Positions 36,901 through 44,402 of a stretch of DNA of 64,000 nt are shown one piece after another. Position numbers and translations under genes: made by a program. The notes beneath the pieces were generated by a model. It ran no database searches. It saw nothing but the letters and a program-made list of their open reading frames with translations, and had not been told where the DNA came from. The stretch spans positions 9,759-73,758 of the forward strand of contig JBDRIA010000064.1 of assembly GCA_043816345.1 (NCBI GenBank). Direction: 5' to 3'. Position 1 is the stretch's first letter, and each line of letters opens with the position of its first letter. The stretch comes from Chloroflexota bacterium. GTDB taxonomy: Bacteria; Chloroflexota; Dehalococcoidia; Lucifugimonadales; UBA2985.

Positions 36901-37170
36901 GACGAGTTGATGGTGGGCGGGGTGGTGGCAAGCGTTGATGAGGAGAAGTGCACGGCCTGTCTCACCTGTGTGCGTATCTGTCCCTACAATGTGCCCATCA
37001 TCAGCGGCGACGTGGCCGTCATTGAGGCCGCCGCTTGCCAGGGATGCGGACTATGCGCTGGCGAATGTCCGGCCAAGGCCATCCAACTGCTCCACTATAG
37101 GGACGATCAGGTGCTGATAAAAATAGAGGGAATGGCAGAGCTAATAGCGACGGGAGGTGTGACGGTATGA
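33916..37170 (+). CDS. hdrA: Chimeric protein: NuoG/HydA-type N-terminus, then the remainder of an HdrA unit, then a second complete HdrA unit
   Basis: aa 1-200: [2Fe-2S] (TLCYHKG..GACRLC) plus two 4Fe-4S motifs. From about aa 205: IYISFAQAIPKVPVIDRDTC..., GPTQGHILR, WLQCIGSRD, YCSAVCCMYATKEA and DLRAFGKG. Then VFVCHCGSNIAG...ASCTPRTHE, LVVGGGVSGVTAAL and the C-terminal ferredoxin CTACLTCVRICP / CQGCGLCAGECP. Confidence 0.9.
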   Translation: MVRFTIDGREVEAESGRTILEVASAQGINIPTLCYHKGLLPEGACRLCVVEIAGRSRLSASCSYPVEEGIEVKTDSPRVVKARRLVAEMLCLRCPEVPRVQELAREFGADEARLKRFTPDNETCILCGLCIRICKERMGVNAIDFVNRGSTRKVSPPFDRFSPICLTCGACVSVCPLSTHELSGITDRELRPILSEHDAGLAQRGSIYISFAQAIPKVPVIDRDTCLYFQRGSCKTCEAFCGPGAINYDQKDEMMDVGVGAVILAPGSDVYDAGLSEEFGFGRYPNVVTSLQFERLLSAAGPTQGHILRTSDAEEPRRIAWLQCIGSRDQEHSYCSAVCCMYATKEATLAREHLSPDAELSVFLMDLRAFGKGFDAYFRRAQEQGIRYVHCRASALKELPSSKNLEFQYEDETGELLTEEFDMVVLSVGLTAPKGVEELASVAGVNLDDFGFGAALPATPLETARPGVYMGGAFRGPKDIPDSVMEASGAAGEVQRLLAPVRGTLVRPREFPPELPLDGQEPRVGVFVCHCGSNIAGVIDVAEVARFASELPHVVYTDHVMFACSTDSLKAMCDAIAEHRLNRVVVASCTPRTHEPLFQENIREAGLNPYLFEMANIRDQCSWVHGDVPEEATAKAKMLVAMAVSRACHLEPLYQLSQGLSNHALVVGGGVSGVTAALSLAEQGFPVSLVEREPQLGGLLLEHDTLTSGLNSRELVSQLLERVQANDNIEVLTDCEVVKFIGFVGNFKTTVASRGDPTQRLIEHGVIIIATGGREYRGDDYLLGQHPAAMTMGDLEKAFQADDSRLRQAKRIVIIQCVGPWEEQPFYCSRVCCTVTMKNVLKLKELNPSCQVFVLYKDIRTYGTREEMYTEARQSGAIFVRYSDEDLPIVQPAGEVIEVSFTEPSLKERFTLTADLLVSSTAIVPSKGAEELSKVFKVPQTQEGFFQEAHSKLRPVDFASDGAFLCGVTHYPKSVEEAMIQGKAAAARASRIIGKDELMVGGVVASVDEEKCTACLTCVRICPYNVPIISGDVAVIEAAACQGCGLCAGECPAKAIQLLHYRDDQVLIKIEGMAELIATGGVTV

Positions 37171-37604
37171 CGACCAACGGATTCGAGCCTCAGATTGTTG
37201 CCTTCTGCTGCCAGTATTGAGGCTTCGCCGCAGCGGACCTGGCAGGTTCGATGAGACTTCACTACCCTCCCAACATTCTGATTATCAAGCTGCCGTGTAC
37301 CGGCCGCGTGGACGTGATACACATTCTGCGCGCCTTTGAGCGAGGCTTAGACGGCGTGATGGTGGTTGGTTGCATGGAGGGCAACTGCCACTTCCTCACT
37401 GGGAACATACAGGCGAAGCGCCGGGTGCAGTACGCTAAGCAGCTGCTGGACGCCGTCGGGGTAGGCGGTGAGCGCCTGGAGATGTACAATCTCTCCTCAT
37501 CGGAAGGGCCGCGTTTTGCCCAGATAGCCACGGAAATGACAGAGCGAATCCGAGAGCGGGGGCCCTCTCCCATCTCCCGGCAGAAGAAGGAGGTGGCCCG
37601 ATGA
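37167..37604 (+). CDS. mvhD: MvhD-like [2Fe-2S] electron-transfer subunit with an in-frame UGA (selenocysteine) at codon 18
   Basis: The ATG at 37167 overlaps the hdrA stop. MTTNGFEPQIVAFCCQY-U-GFAAADLAGSMRLHYPPNILIIKLPCTGRVD... is in frame with ORF 37251..37604. The TGA at 37218..37220 occupies the Cys position of the canonical FCCNWCSYAGADLAG motif. Confidence 0.85.
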
Positions 37605-38272
37605 TTATAGCGGAGCAGAAACCTCTGGACGAGATCAGGGGCGAGGTTGCTCCCTTCAAGAAGGTGCTCGTCCTGGGCTGTGGCACCTGTGTCTCCATAT
37701 GTTTCGCCGGCGGGGAGAAGGAGGTGGGAATCCTGGCCTCCAGCTTGCGAATGGCCGACGCCGTGGATGGGAGAGAGGGGGAGTTTGTGGAAGCCACCGC
37801 GCAGCGCCAGTGCGAGTGGGAGTTCCTGGATGAGGTGGCGGAGGAGATCACCTCGGCGGATGCGGTGCTATCCCTGGCCTGTGGCATCGGCGTGCAGGCC
37901 ATTGCCGAGCGGTTTCCCAACGTTAGAGTCTATCCGGGGCTCAACACATCTTTCCTGGGTATCCCCTTGGAGCAGGGCGTGTGGAGCGCCCGGTGCGCGG
38001 CCTGCGGCGATTGTGTACTGGGTCGCTTTGCCGGCGTCTGCCCCGTGGTCCGATGCAGCAAGGGCCTCCTAAACGGGCCTTGCGGTGGCGTTACCCGGGA
38101 TGACAAGTGTGAGATCTCTCCCGACATCCCCTGCGGCTGGCAGATCATCTACCACCGGCTGGAGACGCTAGGTCTCCTGGACGTCTTGGAGGAGATCACG
38201 CCCCCCAAGGACTGGAGCAAGGGGTTGGGTGGGGGCAGCCGTTTCATCATCAGGGAGGACCTGAAGCTATGA
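37601..38272 (+). CDS. metV: MetV (methylene-THF reductase C-terminal-domain / zinc-ribbon Fe-S subunit)
   Basis: LVLGCGTC, CGIGVQA, CAACGDCVL, CPVVRCSKGLLNGPCGG. The 4-nt overlaps with mvhD and metF suggest translational coupling. Confidence 0.85.
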   Translation: MIIAEQKPLDEIRGEVAPFKKVLVLGCGTCVSICFAGGEKEVGILASSLRMADAVDGREGEFVEATAQRQCEWEFLDEVAEEITSADAVLSLACGIGVQAIAERFPNVRVYPGLNTSFLGIPLEQGVWSARCAACGDCVLGRFAGVCPVVRCSKGLLNGPCGGVTRDDKCEISPDIPCGWQIIYHRLETLGLLDVLEEITPPKDWSKGLGGGSRFIIREDLKL

Positions 38273-39222
38273 AAGCAGGAAGCAGCTTGGAGCAAGCCCT
38301 GGAAGAGGGGCGCTTTGTCGCAACGGGCGAAGTGGGTCCACCCAAGTCGGTGGACGGAGAGGTGGTGCGAAATAAGGCGAGGCTCCTCAAGGACCACGTG
38401 GTGGCGGCCAACATTACCGACAATCAGACCAGCGTTGTCCGTATGTCCAGCATCGCCTGCGGCCTCCTGCTCTTGCAGGAAGGGCTGGAGCCCATTGTTC
38501 AGATGACGTGTCGGGACCGCAACAGAATGGCTATCCAGTCGGACCTGCTGGGAGCGGCGACTCTGGGCATCAAGAATATGCTGTGCCTGACAGGCGACCA
38601 CACCACTCAGGGGAACCATCCCCAGAGCAAGCCCGTCTTCGATCTGGACTCCGTCCAGTTGACCCAGATGGTGCGAGATATGCGTGACGAGAAACGGTTC
38701 CAGTGTGGCGAGGAGTTGGACCCGGAGCCAAGGTTCTTCATAGGTGCTGTGGAGAACCCCTTTGCCAACCCCCTCCAGTTCAGGGCCGTGCGCCTGGCCA
38801 AGAAGGTGAAGGCGGGGGCCGATTTCATCCAGACGCAGCTTATCTACAACATTCCGCGCTTCAAAGAGTGGATGAAGGAGGTTAGGGACAGGGGCATCCA
38901 CGAGCAGGTGTATATCATGGCGGGAGTCGGGCCTCTCAGGTCGGTAAACGTCGCTCGGTACATGCGGGACAGGGTGCCCGGGATGGATGTGCCCGACGAG
39001 GTCGTCCAGAGGATGTCGGGGGTTGAGAGGGGCGAGGCAGCACGTAAGGAAGGCATCAAGATTGCCGTGGAGACAATCCAGCAGATGCGCGAGATTCCGG
39101 GAATTGCCGGGGTGCACATTATGGCCGTGGAGTGGGAAGAGGCGGTGGGCGAGATTGTGGAGTCGGCGGGCCTGAAGCCGCTACCCATGCGCCTGGCTGC
39201 TTCCGCCTCGTCGGGAAGCTAG
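38269..39222 (+). CDS. metF: 5,10-methylenetetrahydrofolate reductase
   Basis: MTHFR TIM barrel: EVGPPKS, NITDNQ, MTCRDRN, LCLTGDH, VENPFA, FIQTQLIY. Confidence 0.92.
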   Translation: MKAGSSLEQALEEGRFVATGEVGPPKSVDGEVVRNKARLLKDHVVAANITDNQTSVVRMSSIACGLLLLQEGLEPIVQMTCRDRNRMAIQSDLLGAATLGIKNMLCLTGDHTTQGNHPQSKPVFDLDSVQLTQMVRDMRDEKRFQCGEELDPEPRFFIGAVENPFANPLQFRAVRLAKKVKAGADFIQTQLIYNIPRFKEWMKEVRDRGIHEQVYIMAGVGPLRSVNVARYMRDRVPGMDVPDEVVQRMSGVERGEAARKEGIKIAVETIQQMREIPGIAGVHIMAVEWEEAVGEIVESAGLKPLPMRLAASASSGS

Positions 39223-39229
39223 GGAACAG

Positions 39230-39796
39230 ATGCTAGAAGTAGAAGCACAGCCACGGACGGCGGCGGCCGAAGAGATGGAGAACCGCTACGGTTCCCAGGT
39301 AGCCTTGTGCTACCAGTGCAAGAAGTGCACCTCGGGATGCCCTCTGGCGGATGCCATGGACTTCAGGCCACACCAGGTGGTGCGCTTGGTGCGGCTTGGT
39401 AATGCCGAGCGCCTGCTTGAGAGCAGGGCTATCTGGACCTGTGTGGGGTGCTATCTGTGTGCAGCGCGCTGCCCCCAGGGCGTGCCGGTGACCGACCTGA
39501 TGTACTCTCTGAAGGGGATCGCCATGAAACAGGGACTGACGTCCAAGAAGGCGACTGTACCCGCCTTTCTCAGGGCATTCTCCGGATCGGTGGAGCGTTA
39601 CGGCCGTATCCGTGAGCTGCCGATGCTGGCTGGTTTCTACCTCTCCACAGACCCCCGGGAGGCGTTGAAAAACAGGGCGATGGGCCTTCAGCTCCTCCGC
39701 CAGGGACGTCTGCCCATACTGGGGGAGAGGCACCGGAGCGGCAAAGCGGTGAAGGCCATGCTGCGTAAGGCCCGCAGCCTGAAGGGGTCAGCATGA
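39230..39796 (+). CDS. hdrC: HdrC-like 4Fe-4S subunit
   Basis: CYQCKKCTSGCP and CVGCYLCAARCP ferredoxin motifs. Confidence 0.85.
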   Translation: MLEVEAQPRTAAAEEMENRYGSQVALCYQCKKCTSGCPLADAMDFRPHQVVRLVRLGNAERLLESRAIWTCVGCYLCAARCPQGVPVTDLMYSLKGIAMKQGLTSKKATVPAFLRAFSGSVERYGRIRELPMLAGFYLSTDPREALKNRAMGLQLLRQGRLPILGERHRSGKAVKAMLRKARSLKGSA

Positions 39797-40677
39797 GGTA
39801 CGCTTTCTTCCCTGGATGTTCCCTATCCTCCAGCGGTCGACCCTATGGCATGTCCACCCAGGAGGTCACTCGTGTGCTGGGCATGGAGATGCTGGAGCTA
39901 GAGGACTGGAACTGCTGCGGAGCCACCTGCTTTCAGACCCTGGACGATGTATCCTACTTGAGCCTGAACGGGCGTAACCTGGCCCTGACGGAACGAGGCG
40001 GCAGCCAAGAGTTGGTCACCCCCTGCTCCGGCTGCTTTGAAGCCCTGGAGAAAGCAAACCAACTCCTGGCCCAGGACTCCCCTCTCCGCACGCAGGTGGA
40101 CGCGGCTCTGGGCGAGGTGGGCCTGAGCTATAGGGGCGGCGTGCGGGTGCGCCACCTGCTTGACGTGATGGTGAAAGACGTGGGGCTAGATGCCATCAAA
40201 GAGAAGGTGACCCAGCCCCTGACGGGCCTGAAGTTGGCCTGCTACTACGGGTGTTTGCTGGTTCGGCCCCCTGCCGTCGCGGGCGATGCCCACCCCGAGT
40301 ACCCCGTTGATATGGATAGGCTTGTGTCGGTCCTGGGCGCTGAGCCATTGGACTGGTCATACAAGACCGATTGCTGCGGAGCCTCCTTCGCCCTGGCCAG
40401 GCCGGACCTGGTGACCAGGCTCACCACCAGGATACTGGAGAATGCCCGAGAGGTGGGCGCCGATCTGGTGGTGGCGGCCTGTCCCCTCTGTCAGGCCAAC
40501 CTGGATGCCTACCAGGGCGGGCACGCAGTTAACGGTAGCCACCCGGAGCCTCTACCTATTGTCTACTTCACCGAGCTCATGGGCTTGGCCTTTGGACTCT
40601 CTCCCGCGGCGCTGGGTCTTAGCAAGCATTTCCAAGACCCGACACCCGTTCTCCGTCGCCACAGCCTTGTGAGTTGA
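39793..40677 (+). CDS. hdrB: HdrB-like subunit (two CCG domains)
   Basis: FFPGCSL...WNCCGA and CYYGCLL...TDCCGA cysteine-rich CCG motifs. Confidence 0.9.
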   Translation: MRYAFFPGCSLSSSGRPYGMSTQEVTRVLGMEMLELEDWNCCGATCFQTLDDVSYLSLNGRNLALTERGGSQELVTPCSGCFEALEKANQLLAQDSPLRTQVDAALGEVGLSYRGGVRVRHLLDVMVKDVGLDAIKEKVTQPLTGLKLACYYGCLLVRPPAVAGDAHPEYPVDMDRLVSVLGAEPLDWSYKTDCCGASFALARPDLVTRLTTRILENAREVGADLVVAACPLCQANLDAYQGGHAVNGSHPEPLPIVYFTELMGLAFGLSPAALGLSKHFQDPTPVLRRHSLVS

Positions 40678-40749
40678 ACATATATACAAGATTGACCAAG
40701 TCCGGCACGGCTTCGGGGGTTCCGGAGCCGGGGCAACTTGAGGGGGAAG

Positions 40750-41544
40750 ATGCGCATATTGGCGGTTGTCCAGAACAACTGGGGGCAGAGATTTGTGGAT
40801 AATATCCGAAAGCGAGGCCCCACGGACTGGACAATAGAGACCTACCAGCCACCAGTGGCACTGCCGATCATTCTGGATGACCCTGAGGAGTTCCTGCCTG
40901 AAACGCTGCCTCAGGTGGATATGGTCCTGGGCTGCACCGCAAGTCCCACGGCAGCGCAGCTTATTCCAGCCATAGCCCGCCTCTCGGGAGCCAAGGCTGT
41001 TCTGTGCCCCATTGATGACTCGGCCTGGATGCCTGAGGGCCTGAAGAACCAGATCCAGTGCGATCTGGAAAAGATGGGGATAGAGTCCGCTTTCCCCAAA
41101 CCTTTCTGTACCCTGACCGAGGAGACGGCAGGCTTCAGGCGGTCGGCGCAACCATACAGCAGCGAGACTATCTCGGAGTTTGCCCGGCACTTTGGCAAGC
41201 CCAAGCTTAACTTGACGGTGAATGACCAAACGGGTATTATCGAGAAGATTGAGGTGGTAAGAGGGTCTCCCTGCGGTGCCACTCACCATGCAGCCGAAAG
41301 GCTGGAGGGGACTGCGGTGGAGGATGCGGTGCCCAAGGCGGGGCTCGCAAGCCACCAGTATCCCTGCCTGGCCTCCATGGAACGGGAGTTCATTGACGAC
41401 CGCCTGCCGAGCGATACCCTGATGCACGTCTCCGGCTTCGTCATGAACGAAGAGATGGAGGAGAAGCTAAGGCCGCACAAGAAATCGCCTCAGTACTTTA
41501 CTCCTGGCGAACGCGTGGGAACCACCGAAGAGACGAGGGCCTGA
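40750..41544 (+). CDS. Conserved hypothetical Cys-containing protein (possibly DUF166-like)
   Basis: ORF 40738..41544. MRILAVVQNNWGQRFVDNI..., GSPCGATHHAAERL, YPCLASM. The family assignment is from memory of the overall pattern only. Confidence 0.45.
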   Translation: MRILAVVQNNWGQRFVDNIRKRGPTDWTIETYQPPVALPIILDDPEEFLPETLPQVDMVLGCTASPTAAQLIPAIARLSGAKAVLCPIDDSAWMPEGLKNQIQCDLEKMGIESAFPKPFCTLTEETAGFRRSAQPYSSETISEFARHFGKPKLNLTVNDQTGIIEKIEVVRGSPCGATHHAAERLEGTAVEDAVPKAGLASHQYPCLASMEREFIDDRLPSDTLMHVSGFVMNEEMEEKLRPHKKSPQYFTPGERVGTTEETRA

Positions 41545-41678
41545 GGGGAGACCGCTGAGCCTTGATGAGGAGTTGCAGTTATATGTCCAACATAGGGATG
41601 GCCAGGGGAAGGGTCTCAGAGCCTATTCCATATTGGCTAATCAAATGAAGGGTACAAGCTGAGACAAGTAGGTAAAAC

Positions 41679-41718
41679 GGAAAAGGAGGAGAGCACAAAG
41701 AGGCTCACCTCCTTTTCC
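41679..41718 (+). promoter_or_regulatory. Strong leader hairpin pairing a decoy Shine-Dalgarno with an anti-SD mimic, just upstream of fhs
   Basis: GGAAAAGGAGGAGAGC-acaaagag-GCTCACCTCCTTTTCC: 15 of 16 positions pair. The 3' arm CACCTCCTTT equals the 16S rRNA 3'-end motif. The real SD gaaggaggag lies at 41729..41738 and the ATG at 41743. Confidence 0.5.
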
Positions 41719-41742
41719 ATGAAAAAATGAAGGAGGAGAAGG

Positions 41743-43515
41743 ATGCCCTACGACGTGTCAAAAATGGCGGATTGGGAGATTGCTGATGCAGCCGAAGAGC
41801 ACATGCCGATGCCCGAGGAGTGGCGAGATAAGCTGGGGCTACAAAAGGATGAGTTACTTGCTTATGGGAAGGTATCCAAGCTCGACTTCCTGAAGATAAT
41901 GGACCGTCTGAAGGACAGGCCGGACGGCAAGTATATTGAGGTGACGGCGGTTACCCCCACGCCACTCGGAGAAGGAAAAACGACGACCACGATGGGTCTC
42001 ATAGAGGGTCTGGGCAAGCAAGGAGAGAATGTGGGTGGCTGCATTCGCCAGCCTTCCGGCGGTCCCACCATGAATGTCAAGGGCACCGCCGCTGGGGGAG
42101 GCAACTCCGTGCTTATACCCCATTCCGAGTTCTCCATGGGTCTCACCGGCGATATCAATGACATTATGAATGCCCACAACCTGGCCATGGTGGCTCTTAC
42201 TTCCAGAATGCAGCATGAGCGCAACTACGATGATGACCGGCTGGCCAGGCTGAGCCGAATGCGCCGCCTGGATGTTGACCCTAACCGGGTGGAGATGGCC
42301 TGGATTATGGACTACTGTGCCCAGGCTCTCCGCAACATCACCATCGGCCACGGCGGGCGGATGAATGGCTACCTCATGGAGTCCAAATTCGCCATCGCAG
42401 TAAGCTCTGAGCTGATGGCTATGCTATCCATTGCCAAAGACCTGGCTGACCTGCGGGAAAGAATGAACAATATCACGGTAGCCTATGATAGGCAGGGCAA
42501 TCCGGTTACTCCTGCAGACCTTGAGGTAGCTGGAGCGATGACTGCGTGGATGCGCAACACCATCAACCCCACCCTGTGCTGCACGGCTGAGTATCAGCCC
42601 TGCATGGTGCATGCTGGACCATTCGCCAACATTGCGGTGGGCCAGTCATCTATCATTGCTGACCGTCTAGGGCTGAAGATGTTTGACTATCATGTCACTG
42701 AGAGTGGCTTTGCTGCCGATATTGGCTTTGAGAAGTTCTGGAATGTGAAGTCCCGCTACAGCGGCCTCAAGCCCAACGTTTCGGTGCTTGTTGTCTCCAT
42801 CCGTTCACTGAAGATGCATGGTGGCGGGCCCAGAGTAGTAGCTGGTGTTGCCTTGCCTGCGGCCTACAAGGAATCCAGCCCGGAGTTGGTGGAGAAGGGG
42901 TGTGTCAACATGCTCCACCATATCAATACCATCAGAGCGTCGGGCATCAACCCCGTGGTGTGCATCAACAGTTTCCCCACCGATACCCAGGAAGAGGTTG
43001 CCATAGTCCGCAGGGCAGCTGAGGCGGCGGGAGCACGTTGTGCCGTGTCGACCCATTATGCAAATGGTGGCGACGGCGCTCAAGAGTTTTCTGATGCCGT
43101 AAAGGAAGCCTGCAATGAGGAGAATGATTTCCACTTCCTGTACCCCAATGAGATGAAGCTGCGAGACCGTGTGGCCAGGATTGCTGAGGTGGTCTACGGA
43201 GCCGATGGTGTTTCCTGGTCTGCCGAAGCTGAGGCCAAAGCCAAGAATTTCGAGAGTGACACCAAGTATGACGAGTATGCGACCATGATGGTCAAGACTC
43301 ACCTGAGCCTGAGCCACAATCCCACCCTCAAGGGCGTACCCAAGGGATGGACCCTGCCCATCCGTGATGTCCTGATCTACTCCGGCGCCAAATTCCTCTG
43401 CCCAGTTGCTGGAGACATCAGCCTGATGCCCGGGACCGGTTCCGACCCAGCTTTTAGGAAAGTTGATGTTGACGTAGTCACTGGAAAGGTCAGAGGGCTT
43501 CACGACGTAGACTAG
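41743..43515 (+). CDS. fhs: Formate-tetrahydrofolate ligase
   Basis: [21 protein letters not shown]-loop. 590 aa, full-length FTHFS pattern. Confidence 0.95.
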   Translation: MPYDVSKMADWEIADAAEEHMPMPEEWRDKLGLQKDELLAYGKVSKLDFLKIMDRLKDRPDGKYIEVTAVTPTPLGEGKTTTTMGLIEGLGKQGENVGGCIRQPSGGPTMNVKGTAAGGGNSVLIPHSEFSMGLTGDINDIMNAHNLAMVALTSRMQHERNYDDDRLARLSRMRRLDVDPNRVEMAWIMDYCAQALRNITIGHGGRMNGYLMESKFAIAVSSELMAMLSIAKDLADLRERMNNITVAYDRQGNPVTPADLEVAGAMTAWMRNTINPTLCCTAEYQPCMVHAGPFANIAVGQSSIIADRLGLKMFDYHVTESGFAADIGFEKFWNVKSRYSGLKPNVSVLVVSIRSLKMHGGGPRVVAGVALPAAYKESSPELVEKGCVNMLHHINTIRASGINPVVCINSFPTDTQEEVAIVRRAAEAAGARCAVSTHYANGGDGAQEFSDAVKEACNEENDFHFLYPNEMKLRDRVARIAEVVYGADGVSWSAEAEAKAKNFESDTKYDEYATMMVKTHLSLSHNPTLKGVPKGWTLPIRDVLIYSGAKFLCPVAGDISLMPGTGSDPAFRKVDVDVVTGKVRGLHDVD

Positions 43516-43660
43516 CGAGGGAGACAAGATAGATTTAGTGTAGGGATTGTCAAAGCCTTCAATGTGCCCACGATGGTGGTCATCTGTTGACGTGGACATT
43601 GACCCTGCAACAGAGAAAACAGTGGGGCTGTATTAGGCTGGGCTGAAATCTCCTGAGCAC

Positions 43661-43701
43661 TATGCCGCCCCCACCCGGAGGTGGGGGCGGCATGACATTT
43701 T
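43661..43701 (+). terminator. Rho-independent terminator of the C1 supercluster
   Basis: Perfect 14-bp stem ATGCCGCCCCCACC-cgga-GGTGGGGGCGGCAT followed by gacaTTTTT. Confidence 0.8.
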
Positions 43702-44402
43702 TGAATGGTCTGGCTTGAGTAGCCAAACAGGGCGTTCAGGTCCTTGGGATGGGTGGCGGTTGGCCTTGTCCAAGAGGATGCGCACCCAGGGGTCTCCATG
43801 GCGTCGAGGAAGGCCACAGGTGGAGTTGGTTCTCCTGCCAGCAGACGGGCTACCCTTGTCTAAGGTGCTGATCCTTGCTGACGAAACTCAGAGGGGTAGG
43901 GATCTGCGTTCAGGACTTGTCCAGAGCGGCTTCACGTGTCGGCTGGCTTCCGACCAGGAAAGCGCTGTGGAATCCATAGCGAAGCAAGTCCGGGACATGG
44001 ATGGCCTATCACCCAGTTTGGCAGAGAGCCATCTGGTTCACAGGACCCCTAGTCTGGTAACACAAACTTAACCTGGAGGTAACCTGTCTGTAACAATACT
44101 TCAAGAATATGTTTCCAGAAAACAAAACCGAGTCATGGGGAGACATTCTGTGAGATGATGGATTCCGCCGATACCACCTGGGTTTTCATTGCTTGGGCCT
44201 AGTGCTCTTGATGGTATCGGAGACCGCCTTCCCGGAACTGGCTTCGCGAGGATGTGGGCAAAACGACGAGCGCCATCCCCAGAAGCGCCAGGACGAGCGA
44301 GATAAGAGACGGGAAGATGTTCGTCATTCCAGTTGACAATGTGGGACGGTTCAGGACTGGCGATGAAGGCGAGAACGCTATCTGGGTGAAAGGAGATTTG
44401 CA

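Noticed and set aside
43715-44071. 118-aa ORF with a short receiver-domain-like stretch (KVLILADETQRGRDLRSGLVQSGFTCRLASDQESAVESI)
   Set aside because: The similarity covers only about 40 aa and lacks the conserved phospho-acceptor context. The rest is Arg/Gly/Pro-rich. It is at best a decayed response-regulator fragment, too weak to annotate.
44318-44378. Possible glutamine (glnA-motif) riboswitch in the glnA leader: GTTCG...GGACGG...GAAGG...GAGAAC
   Set aside because: Only partial resemblance to the remembered consensus (CGUUC...GGACGGAAGUAGG...GAAGGAACG). The pairing needs bulges. The segment also overlaps a possible 42-codon minus-strand membrane mini-ORF (about 44201..44327) and a TTGACA box. 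It would need a cmsearch with the Rfam glnA model to revive it.
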